DNA of 32,375 nucleotides. It comes from Alphaproteobacteria bacterium. GTDB taxonomy: Bacteria > Pseudomonadota > Alphaproteobacteria > RF32 > CAG-239. The position numbers and the translations under genes are program-made. Each line of letters opens with the position of its first letter. Position 1 is the stretch's first letter. The stretch covers positions 1-32,375 of the forward strand of contig JAGCYN010000071.1 in the NCBI GenBank assembly GCA_017960745.1. Direction: 5' to 3'. The notes below the pieces were generated by a model. It was given only the letters and a program-made list of their open reading frames with translations. It had not been told where the DNA came from and searched no databases. Shown here one piece after another: positions 18,935 through 28,181 of the stretch.

Positions 18935-19019
18935 CCGCAGATACTTTTTCGGCGTGAAAAAATATTGACAACCGAAAGATATTACGGCATTTTTAGAGGG
19001 TATGATTAAGGAGGGCGCT

Positions 19020-19487
19020 ATGGATATTAAAATCAGAAAATTTGAAGCAAAAGATATTGCTCAAGCGGTTGAATTGTGCGATGAAATCAGGGAATATCAC
19101 CGCGAAATTCTGCACGGCTATTTTAATCCGATTGACCGCAACTTCGAAGAGCAGGCGCTGTTATCTACGCTCGGTAGCGAAAAGTCTTTTGCCGTGGTGG
19201 CGTTACATGGCGATAAATTGGTCGGTCTGCTGATTGCCAATAAAAAGTGCGCCCCTTATTTGGAAAAACCGAATGTGTGCCATATCGGTACTTTGGGTAT
19301 TACCAAGGAATATCGTAAACAAGGCATCGGCAAAATGTTGATGAAAGAATTTTTGGCATTTTGCAAACAGCAGAATATTCAAGAAGTGACGTTGGGCGTT
19401 TTCAACGATAACAAGAATGCCTATAAGTTTTATGAAGATTACGGTTTCAAGCCACAAGAACAAAAAATGAGCCTTAAGTTCGATTAG
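19020..19487 (+). CDS. GNAT acetyltransferase
   Basis: YRKQGIGK..M acetyl-CoA motif and N..A..FYE..GF. ATG 19020 follows AAGGAGG. Confidence 0.88.
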   Translation: MDIKIRKFEAKDIAQAVELCDEIREYHREILHGYFNPIDRNFEEQALLSTLGSEKSFAVVALHGDKLVGLLIANKKCAPYLEKPNVCHIGTLGITKEYRKQGIGKMLMKEFLAFCKQQNIQEVTLGVFNDNKNAYKFYEDYGFKPQEQKMSLKFD

Positions 19488-20691
19488 TCGGTTGCGGTTC
19501 AATCTGCATTTTGATCAAATGATATGAAACCACGGCGGTCATCAATATTAAGCTTGATGAGACGAGGAAGGTTTGCTGAATGCCGATGATGTCAAAAAGC
19601 GGTTTGAGTAATATCAGACCGATGCCGGAAAAGAGTTTGTCAGCCATTGATTTGAGCGATAAAACGGTGGCTCTTTCATCAGATTGAATGCGATGGTTAA
19701 TCAGCGTGGTGGTTACTATTTTTACCATAATGTGCGAGCCGGCGGCAATCGCCATCATACCCAAAAGCAAAAATGTGAGCGGTAAAGGCGTCGGGTAACC
19801 GACCGATACCGCCGCCCCGAAACCGATAATGACAACAAACAACAGCAGTTTTATTAAACCGTTAATTCCCAACAGATTGCACAGTTTGGCCGACGATGAT
19901 GACCAACCGACGCGACACATCATGTTGAAAGCACCGACAAAGCCGAAAACATAAACCGGAATTTCTTTGGCAATCATTATCGGTTGCAATCCCCACATTA
20001 AAATTAATGTGCCGAGCCCGAAAAGCGAAGGATAGATAATCAACCACTTTATCTCATTATTTTTGAAGGCAGTTTGAGAAATGTTCAGAACGTCTTTAAT
20101 TTTACTGTTCGAGGTAACATGCCGTCTTATTTCCGGGATGTCCGGAAGGAAAAATGAAATTAAAAGCGCCAGAAATGTTGCCCACAGACTCCCCCAGATG
20201 ACGGCGGTCGGACCGATATGTTCATATAAAAAGCCGCCGGTCAAAGTGGCCAACATCATGGATATGCCCGAATAAGTCTCCATTTTGCCGAGTTTTTTAT
20301 TCATTTTATATTCTTTATGTTCTTTTTTGAGCAGGTCGTACAAATAGGCCTCGATGGTTCCGGAACACAGCGAATGCGATACGGCAAACATGGCCTCGCC
20401 GCAGACAATGCCGCTCAAACCGGGAATAAACAACCACATCACGTTGCCCATCATGAAGCTAAAAAAACCGAGAGAAATAACATTTTTGCGCGAAAATAAA
20501 TCGCCCATATATCCGCTCGGAATTTCAAGCATAAACGTAAAAATCGCAAAAATGCCCTGAATCAAAAAGAAATCGCCGATAGAAGCGCCCTTGTATTGGT
20601 ATAAAAGCATAATGACGGGAAGCGGAAATATCGCCCATTGCAAGGTGCGCGCCAAAATCAAATAATTCGGTGCATTTTTAATTGAAATCAT
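19474..20691 (-). CDS. MFS transporter (putative exporter)
   Basis: About 12 TM segments, LEIPSGYMGDLFSRK, SGT.EA..YD and RATVLS motifs. Confidence 0.88.
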   Translation of the reverse strand: MISIKNAPNYLILARTLQWAIFPLPVIMLLYQYKGASIGDFFLIQGIFAIFTFMLEIPSGYMGDLFSRKNVISLGFFSFMMGNVMWLFIPGLSGIVCGEAMFAVSHSLCSGTIEAYLYDLLKKEHKEYKMNKKLGKMETYSGISMMLATLTGGFLYEHIGPTAVIWGSLWATFLALLISFFLPDIPEIRRHVTSNSKIKDVLNISQTAFKNNEIKWLIIYPSLFGLGTLILMWGLQPIMIAKEIPVYVFGFVGAFNMMCRVGWSSSSAKLCNLLGINGLIKLLLFVVIIGFGAAVSVGYPTPLPLTFLLLGMMAIAAGSHIMVKIVTTTLINHRIQSDERATVLSLKSMADKLFSGIGLILLKPLFDIIGIQQTFLVSSSLILMTAVVSYHLIKMQIEPQPTNRT

Positions 20692-20774
20692 TCGTCCGCC
20701 CCTTAAAACATTTCTTATCCATGATTATCATAAATCATAAAATTTACAAGGTCTAAAAATCGGTTCGGCATGGT

Positions 20775-21065
20775 TTATTGACCGGCAATGCCCAGCAACA
20801 ACTTGAAATTGTGGCGATTTTTTTTAACCAACTCGATTTCGCCGGTGCCCAGACTGAAAACATATTTGAACAGCCATATTCTGAAATAAATTTCTTTGGC
20901 CTGCATCGGAATAAAACCTTTAAAACGCTTTTCTTCAGTCGGCGAATATTCAATTTCCGAGCTGATGCCGAGCCCGTATTCGTTATGATCAAAGTCAATG
21001 CCAAACTCCGTGAATTTGGAAAGTTCGCGCTTAATCCATCTATATTTGAAAATGGTATGTTTCAT
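20775..21065 (-). CDS. Small hypothetical protein
   Basis: Probable start MKHTIFKYRW (96 aa) overlapping the end of the HD gene. The track extends it to 21155. Confidence 0.55.
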   Translation of the reverse strand: MKHTIFKYRWIKRELSKFTEFGIDFDHNEYGLGISSEIEYSPTEEKRFKGFIPMQAKEIYFRIWLFKYVFSLGTGEIELVKKNRHNFKLLLGIAGQ

Positions 21066-21789
21066 TGATTTTATCCCGTATTTCGCACACATCGTTTTGC
21101 AGCGCCGCGTTGTTTGCGGCCAGTTCGAACAGCCGTTGCACCAGATTTTGAACAATGTGCTTTTCTTGCAGATATTGCCGGCTTTTTTCTAAGTTTATCA
21201 GCGCCAGACCGCATAAAATATAAACAATGGCATCGGCGCGGTTGTGAACATCTTTGTTGTTTGCCGGTTTGTCTGCCAATAAGCAGTCGGTTATTGCCGT
21301 CGTTAGAGACATTGTTGCCGACGTTTGGATGTCGGTTTTGGCGAGGATTTGCATGTTGTCGATAATATCCGCATCAATTAAAATTCGGCACAACAAACGG
21401 ACGTTGTTTTGCGCTGCCGCCGGCAGTTTTTGATAATCGTCGTCTGCTGCCAAAGCGGTTTGCCAATCGTCGGTTTCATGATATTTGACGGGCAGCAGAA
21501 TATTCATATCAGTAAAGCCCTCGTCTTTGAGAAGCCGAACCCCGTATTCGGCGTGTTTGAAATCGGCAAGCTGCAAGTGTTCATAAAAACGCCCGATATC
21601 GTGCAACAACAAAACAGCGGCAAGCGTGTCGGCGGCAATATCTGCCGGCGCGATGGCTTGTCCGCATTCCAACGTGCGATAAGCGTGGGCATATTTATCT
21701 TGAATGTAACGCCGATTTTTCTCGTCCTTTTCGCAAAGGAGAAGATTTTTTTGATAGTGTTTTTCAAGTATGCGTTTGATTGTATCCAT
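21040..21789 (-). CDS. HD-domain phosphohydrolase
   Basis: K..HA..T, LLHDIGRF, HAEYG, YH and DAD..DN. Coupled to the upstream gene by a TAATG overlap. Confidence 0.85.
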   Translation of the reverse strand: MDTIKRILEKHYQKNLLLCEKDEKNRRYIQDKYAHAYRTLECGQAIAPADIAADTLAAVLLLHDIGRFYEHLQLADFKHAEYGVRLLKDEGFTDMNILLPVKYHETDDWQTALAADDDYQKLPAAAQNNVRLLCRILIDADIIDNMQILAKTDIQTSATMSLTTAITDCLLADKPANNKDVHNRADAIVYILCGLALINLEKSRQYLQEKHIVQNLVQRLFELAANNAALQNDVCEIRDKINETYHFQI

Positions 21790-23447
21790 TATCTGTACAC
21801 AAAATCCACGGGTTTGTTGGCATCTTCTTTCATCAGACGATGTTTTTTATCAAATTTTTGCTTTAAGGCGATAAGCTGTTTGATATAGCGTTTGATTTCG
21901 CTTTTGGTTGCCGTCGGCGACATCTGATAAATTTTCAGCGCACCGGTCTTATTTTTGCAACCGAACGGCTTATAACTCTTAGAAAATGTCATTTTAAATT
22001 CAACTTCACGATTTTCCAAGGCTTGCAAGGAGTACAGATAAAACTGATGATTATAGTCCACCACTTTGGCAATTTTCTTTTCATCGAGCTTAATCAACTC
22101 GGCATAAGAGTGGTGAAAACCCTGCGGTTTGGCAATAAACAGCGTGGCGATGCCTTCCGTTTCCGGATTGATTACCTCAAACTGCTCGTTTTCACGCAAT
22201 AAATGGCGAATATATTCGCCGTTGGTCATAATATTGTAAATCAGCCGCTGAAATCCCTCTATGCCGAAAGTTTCTAAGGCCACGTAAGCTGAAACCGGAC
22301 CGATGGACGAACGGGTCAATTCCATCGAATATTCAAACGGCGAATATGAACCGTGGCAAAGCGTTTTGATATCCGGTGCGGTTTTACCGCCAAGCCGATA
22401 TAAGCTGTTCTTATCTTTAACCATGAAAATACTGGAAATGTAAGGGCAAAAACCGGTTTTATGAAAATCGGCACCAAATGAATCAGCAAGCCGCACGGCG
22501 CTGATTTTTTGGCTCAGAGATTTAATTTTGCGCACTTCTTCAGCCGACATTTTGAAAGGATTCTGCTTAAAATCATAATATCTGAAAAACAGCCAGGCCC
22601 AGCCGATAACCGAATCGATGTGCAGGTGCGGGACATAATTCAACTTATATTTTTTGATGATTTTTTCGCGGAGTTCAACTACTTTTTCAATCGGGTCGAC
22701 GATAATTTCATTGGTGGTGCCGCCGTTTAAGATAATACCGGTCAGCTTTTGGCCTTTTTCAATGCGTGCGCAAACGGCTTTTTCCATTTCAGCCAAATCG
22801 ATTGTACCGTCTTTGGTTACCGGTATTCTCAAACAATTATTTTTGCCCAATCCCAACCAGTCGCATACTTCGGTATGGCAAGGGTGCGATTTTTCGTTGG
22901 AAACAATGAAGTAGTCCGCGCCGTTAATGCCGGTTTTGCCGGCTTCGGGATTAACGTTTTGCAGGGCGGTTTTGACCGCATACATGTTGGTGCCTTTGCC
23001 GCCGAATGTGAAAATGCCGGCTGATTTTTCCCAATCCCATTGCGCCAATTCGGCCAAATGTTTGGTCACAATCATTTCCGCTGCCGATAACAGACCGGTT
23101 GATTCATCTTGCGCAAAATTCGGGTTATAAAGAGAGGTATAAAACGAAGCCACAATGCTCGCAATATTTGCCGGCGGATTGATATTGATAAAAGCGCCCG
23201 GATGTTGCCAACGCACGGCGCGTTTGAACAGCCGCGAAAAATGTGCCAATGCGGTTTGCGGCGAATGTCCTTTCGGCGGTAACGTTGCCTTTTGCAACAT
23301 CTTATAATAAGAAGTTTTTTTGCCTCTCAAAACCGGATATTTCGGGTCAATATATTGTTCAACGTTCTGATTCAAAAAATCGAATAACGAGCTGATTTTA
23401 TCAACGTTACTGTCTTTTGCGGAAATAAATAAGTCTTTAATTTTCAT
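21789..23447 (-). CDS. Group II PLP-dependent decarboxylase
   Basis: GIFTFGG, GTT...VDP, HLHIDS and ADSF.ADFHK (Schiff-base Lys). Confidence 0.88.
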   Translation of the reverse strand: MKIKDLFISAKDSNVDKISSLFDFLNQNVEQYIDPKYPVLRGKKTSYYKMLQKATLPPKGHSPQTALAHFSRLFKRAVRWQHPGAFININPPANIASIVASFYTSLYNPNFAQDESTGLLSAAEMIVTKHLAELAQWDWEKSAGIFTFGGKGTNMYAVKTALQNVNPEAGKTGINGADYFIVSNEKSHPCHTEVCDWLGLGKNNCLRIPVTKDGTIDLAEMEKAVCARIEKGQKLTGIILNGGTTNEIIVDPIEKVVELREKIIKKYKLNYVPHLHIDSVIGWAWLFFRYYDFKQNPFKMSAEEVRKIKSLSQKISAVRLADSFGADFHKTGFCPYISSIFMVKDKNSLYRLGGKTAPDIKTLCHGSYSPFEYSMELTRSSIGPVSAYVALETFGIEGFQRLIYNIMTNGEYIRHLLRENEQFEVINPETEGIATLFIAKPQGFHHSYAELIKLDEKKIAKVVDYNHQFYLYSLQALENREVEFKMTFSKSYKPFGCKNKTGALKIYQMSPTATKSEIKRYIKQLIALKQKFDKKHRLMKEDANKPVDFVYR

Positions 23448-23468
23448 CGCCGTTTCCTTATTATAAAA

Positions 23469-24395
23469 TCAGATGTCGTTTCGCTTTAGGCCGTTGTTGA
23501 AAATGTTGGCAAACTCTTTTTCGTTTTTGATGTTGCCGTATATTTTTTTGTTAATGATGTTGCCGGTCGACGCTTTATCGGACTGTTCAAAAATATCGGT
23601 ATGATAAGCAATACCGAACTGATTGATGAACAGATAATTATTCCCCCGGCCGGCACACGGTTTGCGTTCGATTTTAATCGGGTGATCGGCATATTTTTGT
23701 TGCAGATAGTCGGTTCGGTGTAAAAAATCCTCTTCGGAAATTTCAAAAGTTTTGCGATGCGCTTTGGCCAAACAGCCGGTCGGGCAAAATTGGAAAAACT
23801 GGATTTTTTGAATGTTGGAAAATTGCGCCACAATCAGGAAAATATTTTCAAGATCGTCAAGATTGAATTTGTTGACCACTACATTGATGCCGGTGGCGGC
23901 GTGATATTTTTCCGTTAACGCCAAAATGCGTTTGGTTTCATCCAACAGATTTTTCCGTCCGGTGCGGAATTTGCCGATAATTTCGTCGGTGGAGCCGTCC
24001 AGCGGAATCCCGATCATACCGACATTTTTTGCCAACTGTTCAAAATCAACTTTTTTATAGAGATTAACTTCCGGAAATACCGATTGCGAATCGGCCAGAA
24101 ATGCGGTTCCCAAAGTGTCCAGTTTTACAAAAATACCCAACGCTTTTAATTTGGCAACCAGTTCCGATAAATGTTCATAGGTCAGCGGATCACCACCGGA
24201 AATTGTAATTTCACTTAAATCTATTTGGTCTTTTACTTTTTTAACAAATGCCATGATTTCGTCGGCGCTGACCACCGGAGAATTTAACGGATTGTGATAG
24301 ATAATTTTGTTGTTGTAGCAGCCGGGGCAAAAAACAAAACATTCCTTGCCTAAAGATAAGGATATATTGCGGTATATCTTTTTGTTAACGCTCAT
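23469..24395 (-). CDS. Radical SAM enzyme (viperin/MoaA-like core, no SPASM domain)
   Basis: CFVFCPGC (CxxxCxxC), ISGGDP, GIPLDG, INVVVNKFN and FFQFCP. Confidence 0.88.
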   Translation of the reverse strand: MSVNKKIYRNISLSLGKECFVFCPGCYNNKIIYHNPLNSPVVSADEIMAFVKKVKDQIDLSEITISGGDPLTYEHLSELVAKLKALGIFVKLDTLGTAFLADSQSVFPEVNLYKKVDFEQLAKNVGMIGIPLDGSTDEIIGKFRTGRKNLLDETKRILALTEKYHAATGINVVVNKFNLDDLENIFLIVAQFSNIQKIQFFQFCPTGCLAKAHRKTFEISEEDFLHRTDYLQQKYADHPIKIERKPCAGRGNNYLFINQFGIAYHTDIFEQSDKASTGNIINKKIYGNIKNEKEFANIFNNGLKRNDI

Positions 24396-25059
24396 GACAA
24401 AGTCCTCTGGCTTTCAGGTGGTTCAGCTTTTCGGTAAATTCATTGTCGCGCTGCTGCATCCGGGTGGTGCGGAAAAAATGCTTCATGCGCACGTTCAGTT
24501 CACGAATTTTATACTTGGTGTCGCTGTAACGCGGAAACGAATCTTGATAATCCCAAATATCTTTGGAAGTGATGGAGGCATTTAAGCCCTGTTCTTTAAT
24601 CATTCTTTCGTACAACGGCAACACCCAGAAGTGCGCACTAATCGGCTTTTTGTATTTTTCATCGTGATAAATGTGGGTGCGGGGAATGCCGAGTGAGGCC
24701 AAACCCTGCTGTACATTCTTGGCAATAAGCATACAACGCTGGAACAAAACCGGCGGCATGGTATGAATATTGCTGAAATGTTCTTTCGGGCTGACGATGT
24801 AAAACCCCGGAATTGCGTATTTGGCATCTTGCCGCACGACGATGCCTTCGTTTTCATACACCGGTTTTAAGCAGTCATCCAATTCGCCTTCATGCTGCAT
24901 AATGAACTGACCTTTGGAAACGCGTTCATCACTGAGAAAACATTGAAAATTCTTTTTGCCACCGATGCAGGTAAAAAATTTCTGCCCGTCCGGCGGGGTA
25001 GGCAACTCGTTTTCGTCATAAACTTCCAATTTGGCGATAATTTCAGATTTCAGGTCCAT
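24385..25059 (-). CDS. HIT-like nucleotide hydrolase/transferase
   Basis: RQD...IPGFYIVSPKEH and the variant HIT motif SAHFWVLP. Confidence 0.7.
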   Translation of the reverse strand: MDLKSEIIAKLEVYDENELPTPPDGQKFFTCIGGKKNFQCFLSDERVSKGQFIMQHEGELDDCLKPVYENEGIVVRQDAKYAIPGFYIVSPKEHFSNIHTMPPVLFQRCMLIAKNVQQGLASLGIPRTHIYHDEKYKKPISAHFWVLPLYERMIKEQGLNASITSKDIWDYQDSFPRYSDTKYKIRELNVRMKHFFRTTRMQQRDNEFTEKLNHLKARGLCHER

Positions 25060-25717
25060 GAGCGCCTCCTCGGTTGTTTTGTTGTCCGGTGTTGCTGCGG
25101 GTTCTTAAGCCGAAGGTGTTTTTAATCTGCCGAATGTCCGCTAAGGTTTGCGGACTGTTCAAATGAAAACGCATTTTGTTGTTAAAAATTTTCATCTTAC
25201 TGCGAACCAGCGGAAAGTTATAACTTTGCAGATAGTCGGCAATATGCGGCTGATACACGATTTCGGAAAAGCCTTTTTCGCGCAATTTATCGACATGATA
25301 CGGAATCAGATAGCTGATAAAGCGCTGATTGGCTTTTTCTTCGGTGTACAGACCGAATAATTCAATACCCAAATTGTTTTTAAGTTCAACGCGGACATTT
25401 TGTTGCAGATATGACAGCACGGCCAATTCACCGTCGGAAAGTTCAGCCGGCGAATTCTTTTTAGCCATCGGCTGAATGGTATAAAACCCCGGAACGGCAA
25501 AATCTTTGGATTGTCTGACCACAAAATCGTTATCTTTGTAAATCGGCTTCAAAACGTCATCCAGCAGGTTTTCGTTTTTGTTCATAAAGTCAAATTCGTC
25601 GGTTTGCTTATGAATGACAAAACAGCGATATCCGTTTCCGCCGATGGTAACGACCATTTTTTTGTTTTCGGAAACTTCCGGCAGCAAATCCAGATTTTTG
25701 GTTTCATAGATAATCAT
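25043..25717 (-). CDS. HIT-like paralogue lacking catalytic histidines
   Basis: Shares IGG..CF, LDD.LKP.Y and VRQ...A.PGFY with the downstream gene. Its motif position reads RFISYLIP. Confidence 0.65.
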   Translation of the reverse strand: MIIYETKNLDLLPEVSENKKMVVTIGGNGYRCFVIHKQTDEFDFMNKNENLLDDVLKPIYKDNDFVVRQSKDFAVPGFYTIQPMAKKNSPAELSDGELAVLSYLQQNVRVELKNNLGIELFGLYTEEKANQRFISYLIPYHVDKLREKGFSEIVYQPHIADYLQSYNFPLVRSKMKIFNNKMRFHLNSPQTLADIRQIKNTFGLRTRSNTGQQNNRGGAHGPEI

Positions 25718-27051
25718 GCCGCCTCTCTTATGGCTGTATGGTCAGCTTTTTGCAAAATATAGCGACTGATGTTATGCAGACCGACCTCGGATATATTTTG
25801 CGCCGTCGGGCAGACTGTCAGCATTTTCCGGCGGATGGCATTTTCAATGTCGGCAGCGCGGTTTTGCAGACGATGATGACAATAAAGATAGGCAAAACTG
25901 TCGGTTTGCGGTGCGTTTTTGATAACCTCAAGCGCCGCCTTCATCGTGGTTGCCGACATGATTTGCGCAAAATTATCAGTGGTCATGAAGTTATCCAAAT
26001 TCATCAGCAGTGCCGCCAAAATATAGTTTTGCAACGGCGCGGACAGTTGCGGGCGTGGTGCCGTTTTATCCCGATAATACAAAACATAGAAGTGCGTCAG
26101 CGTTTGCAACATTTGCAACCATGATGCTTCATTTTCAGTACGGGCGGCACAGGCCAAAATATCATAAAAAAGGTCAATTTCTCCCGGAAATGTATCGGCA
26201 ATCAAATGCCCCATATCGTGCGGCCGAATATAGAAATAACGGCTCGGCAAAGTTGCCGGCAATTCGGCTTTGAAGACGATTTTTTCAATGATATTTCGCA
26301 GTTGGTCATCAGCAACATCAAGATTAACCAAATTTTTGAAAATATTTTCATATTTCACCAGCGGCGGTTCGTTTTCCGGCGTGTAATTGTTGCGGAAAGC
26401 GGCGAGTTTGCCGACCAGTTCGTCATAAGCAAAGATATAACTCCAATTTAACACAAAATTGGTGTGCCACAGGTTATTAAACTCATGATCGGCCGGTTGG
26501 TTGCGAAAATATGAATCTTCCCAATCAAACAGGTAAACTGCCTTTTCGCCGATAATGATGTTTCTTTGCAGATAGCCGCGATACACAATACCGTTTTGCA
26601 ACAGGGTGCGCAACAGCGCCAAACAATCATCAACGGAAAAGTCCGGATAAATGCCGGTATAGGTGCTTTCGTGCAGGGTGTGTCCCAAATATTCGGAAAG
26701 CAAAAAGCAATATTCATCATCGGGGTTGATGACAATTTTTTGCGGTACAATAACGCGAATATCTTTACCGTTTACGGTTTTGCCGGAAAGAATGGCGGCG
26801 GCCTTTTGCGAATTGGTAATTTCCAACTCGGCTTTCGGTAACGACATTTTTTTGGCTAAGTAATCGCAATTTTGGAAACGAAATATTCTGAATCTGTCTT
26901 TAACATCAATCAGTTCGGCATTTTGGTGAAAGCCGCACACGGAATCGCGATAAGCCTTTTCAACGGCACATCGTAAATTTTGCGCTTCTATTTGGTTAAT
27001 GCGGACAGAAGCGCCGACCGTGTTCCAAAAAGTGTTCTCCATGTGCATCAC
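25714..27051 (-). CDS. Protein-kinase/APH-fold protein with atypical catalytic loop
   Basis: YLAKK...E, LLSEYLG.TL and YRGYLQRNIII...LFDWED. ATGA overlap with the next gene. Start may be 27042, 27048 or 27051. Confidence 0.6.
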   Translation of the reverse strand: MMHMENTFWNTVGASVRINQIEAQNLRCAVEKAYRDSVCGFHQNAELIDVKDRFRIFRFQNCDYLAKKMSLPKAELEITNSQKAAAILSGKTVNGKDIRVIVPQKIVINPDDEYCFLLSEYLGHTLHESTYTGIYPDFSVDDCLALLRTLLQNGIVYRGYLQRNIIIGEKAVYLFDWEDSYFRNQPADHEFNNLWHTNFVLNWSYIFAYDELVGKLAAFRNNYTPENEPPLVKYENIFKNLVNLDVADDQLRNIIEKIVFKAELPATLPSRYFYIRPHDMGHLIADTFPGEIDLFYDILACAARTENEASWLQMLQTLTHFYVLYYRDKTAPRPQLSAPLQNYILAALLMNLDNFMTTDNFAQIMSATTMKAALEVIKNAPQTDSFAYLYCHHRLQNRAADIENAIRRKMLTVCPTAQNISEVGLHNISRYILQKADHTAIREAA

Positions 27052-27222
27052 GTTAACAAAACGTTAAAATCTATACCTTTTTAATAATTTTTTGTTGATT
27101 TGTCAATAGTTATAAATGACCGCCGTCGTGCCGAGGCAACAAAAAACTTGATTTAGATGATTTTCTCGGATAATCTGAACAAGTGTTTTGAACGCGGTTG
27201 AGTATGGAAGGTGTGAACACAA

Positions 27223-27975
27223 ATGAATAAGTATTTTTGGTTGGTTGCGGTTATAGCGATGGGCGTTGCGGCGTCTGCTTCGGCAAGGGTTTATAAAAGC
27301 AGTGAAGCGTCTTTTTGCGGTGATATGGTTTGCGATGATTTTGATGAAGACGGCACACCGGATTGGTGCGGACAACTGATGTGCGACAGCGCCGGCAGAC
27401 CGTTGACCGGCACGGTGCAGGAATTTAACGAATATGGTAAAGTCACGGCTGAAACCGGCTATCATGATGGCAAATTGGACGGCTTGGAAAGACAATATTA
27501 TCAGGACGGCGGGCTTTATTCCGAAATCCGTTATATCAACGGCCAAAGGAGCGGTGTGATGAGAACTTTCTATGAAAACGGTGTTATCAGACGGCACGGC
27601 ATGTATGAAAACGATAAGGAAAACGGCGTGTTTGAAGAATATAACGAGCACGGCAATTTGCTTTCTAAAGTGAATTATGTACACGGACAAAAAGAAGGTC
27701 CGGAATACACCTATTATTTGGGTGGTAAGCCGCACTCGGAAGTCAACTATGTTGACGGCGTGGCCGAAGGTGCCGGAAAAGTTTATTTTGCCAACGGTAA
27801 AATTGCCGAAGAGGGTAATTATCGGGAAGGCAAAAAAGACGGCATTCATCGCTGGTATGACGAAAACGGTCAATTAAAAGCCGAAGCGGCCTATAATAGC
27901 GGCAAGATTATTACCCTCAATGTTTATGATAAAGACGGTAAAAAAGTGCACCTGAACGGCAAAGAATTGAAGTAA
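27223..27975 (+). CDS. Exported MORN-variant repeat protein (YwqK-like)
   Basis: Signal peptide, then multiple G...G....YY.NG repeats. Confidence 0.85.
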   Translation: MNKYFWLVAVIAMGVAASASARVYKSSEASFCGDMVCDDFDEDGTPDWCGQLMCDSAGRPLTGTVQEFNEYGKVTAETGYHDGKLDGLERQYYQDGGLYSEIRYINGQRSGVMRTFYENGVIRRHGMYENDKENGVFEEYNEHGNLLSKVNYVHGQKEGPEYTYYLGGKPHSEVNYVDGVAEGAGKVYFANGKIAEEGNYREGKKDGIHRWYDENGQLKAEAAYNSGKIITLNVYDKDGKKVHLNGKELK

Positions 27976-28181
27976 GTCACATAAAATCGGTTATTCTTTG
28001 ATGAAGATTGCCGGTCAGACATCTGATGTCAGCGCGCCTAACTCACGGATATTTTGTTTATTTATCGTAATAGGCGCTTGATTTTTTAAAAAAACAATGT
28101 TATGAATCCAAGTACTGTTCAGCGCGGCTTTCGGCTGCGTTGTTCGACGTTGTTTGAAAATTATATTGAAAGGAAGATAAA

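Noticed and set aside
23469-24395. RiPP-modifying radical SAM/SPASM maturase
   Set aside because: No SPASM/twitch cysteine cluster and no adjacent precursor peptide.
17337-27051. Canonical microcin C cluster
   Set aside because: No ThiF/MccB adenylyltransferase and no MccA-like precursor were seen.
21789-27051. Phage-type thymidine hypermodification pathway (kinase + radical SAM + PLP enzyme)
   Set aside because: No amino acid:DNA transferase or hydroxymethylase, the kinase fold differs, and there is no phage context.
27103-27873. 256-aa minus-strand ORF
   Set aside because: Antisense shadow of the MORN-repeat gene.
27223-27975. YwqK-like antitoxin of a toxin-immunity pair
   Set aside because: No adjacent toxin gene. 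The signal peptide and generic MORN repeats suffice to explain it.
28010-28145. Palindrome GACATCTGATGTC and a GC-rich hairpin upstream of skp as an ncRNA
   Set aside because: Short elements compatible with an operator or a 5'-UTR stabilising hairpin. No further support.
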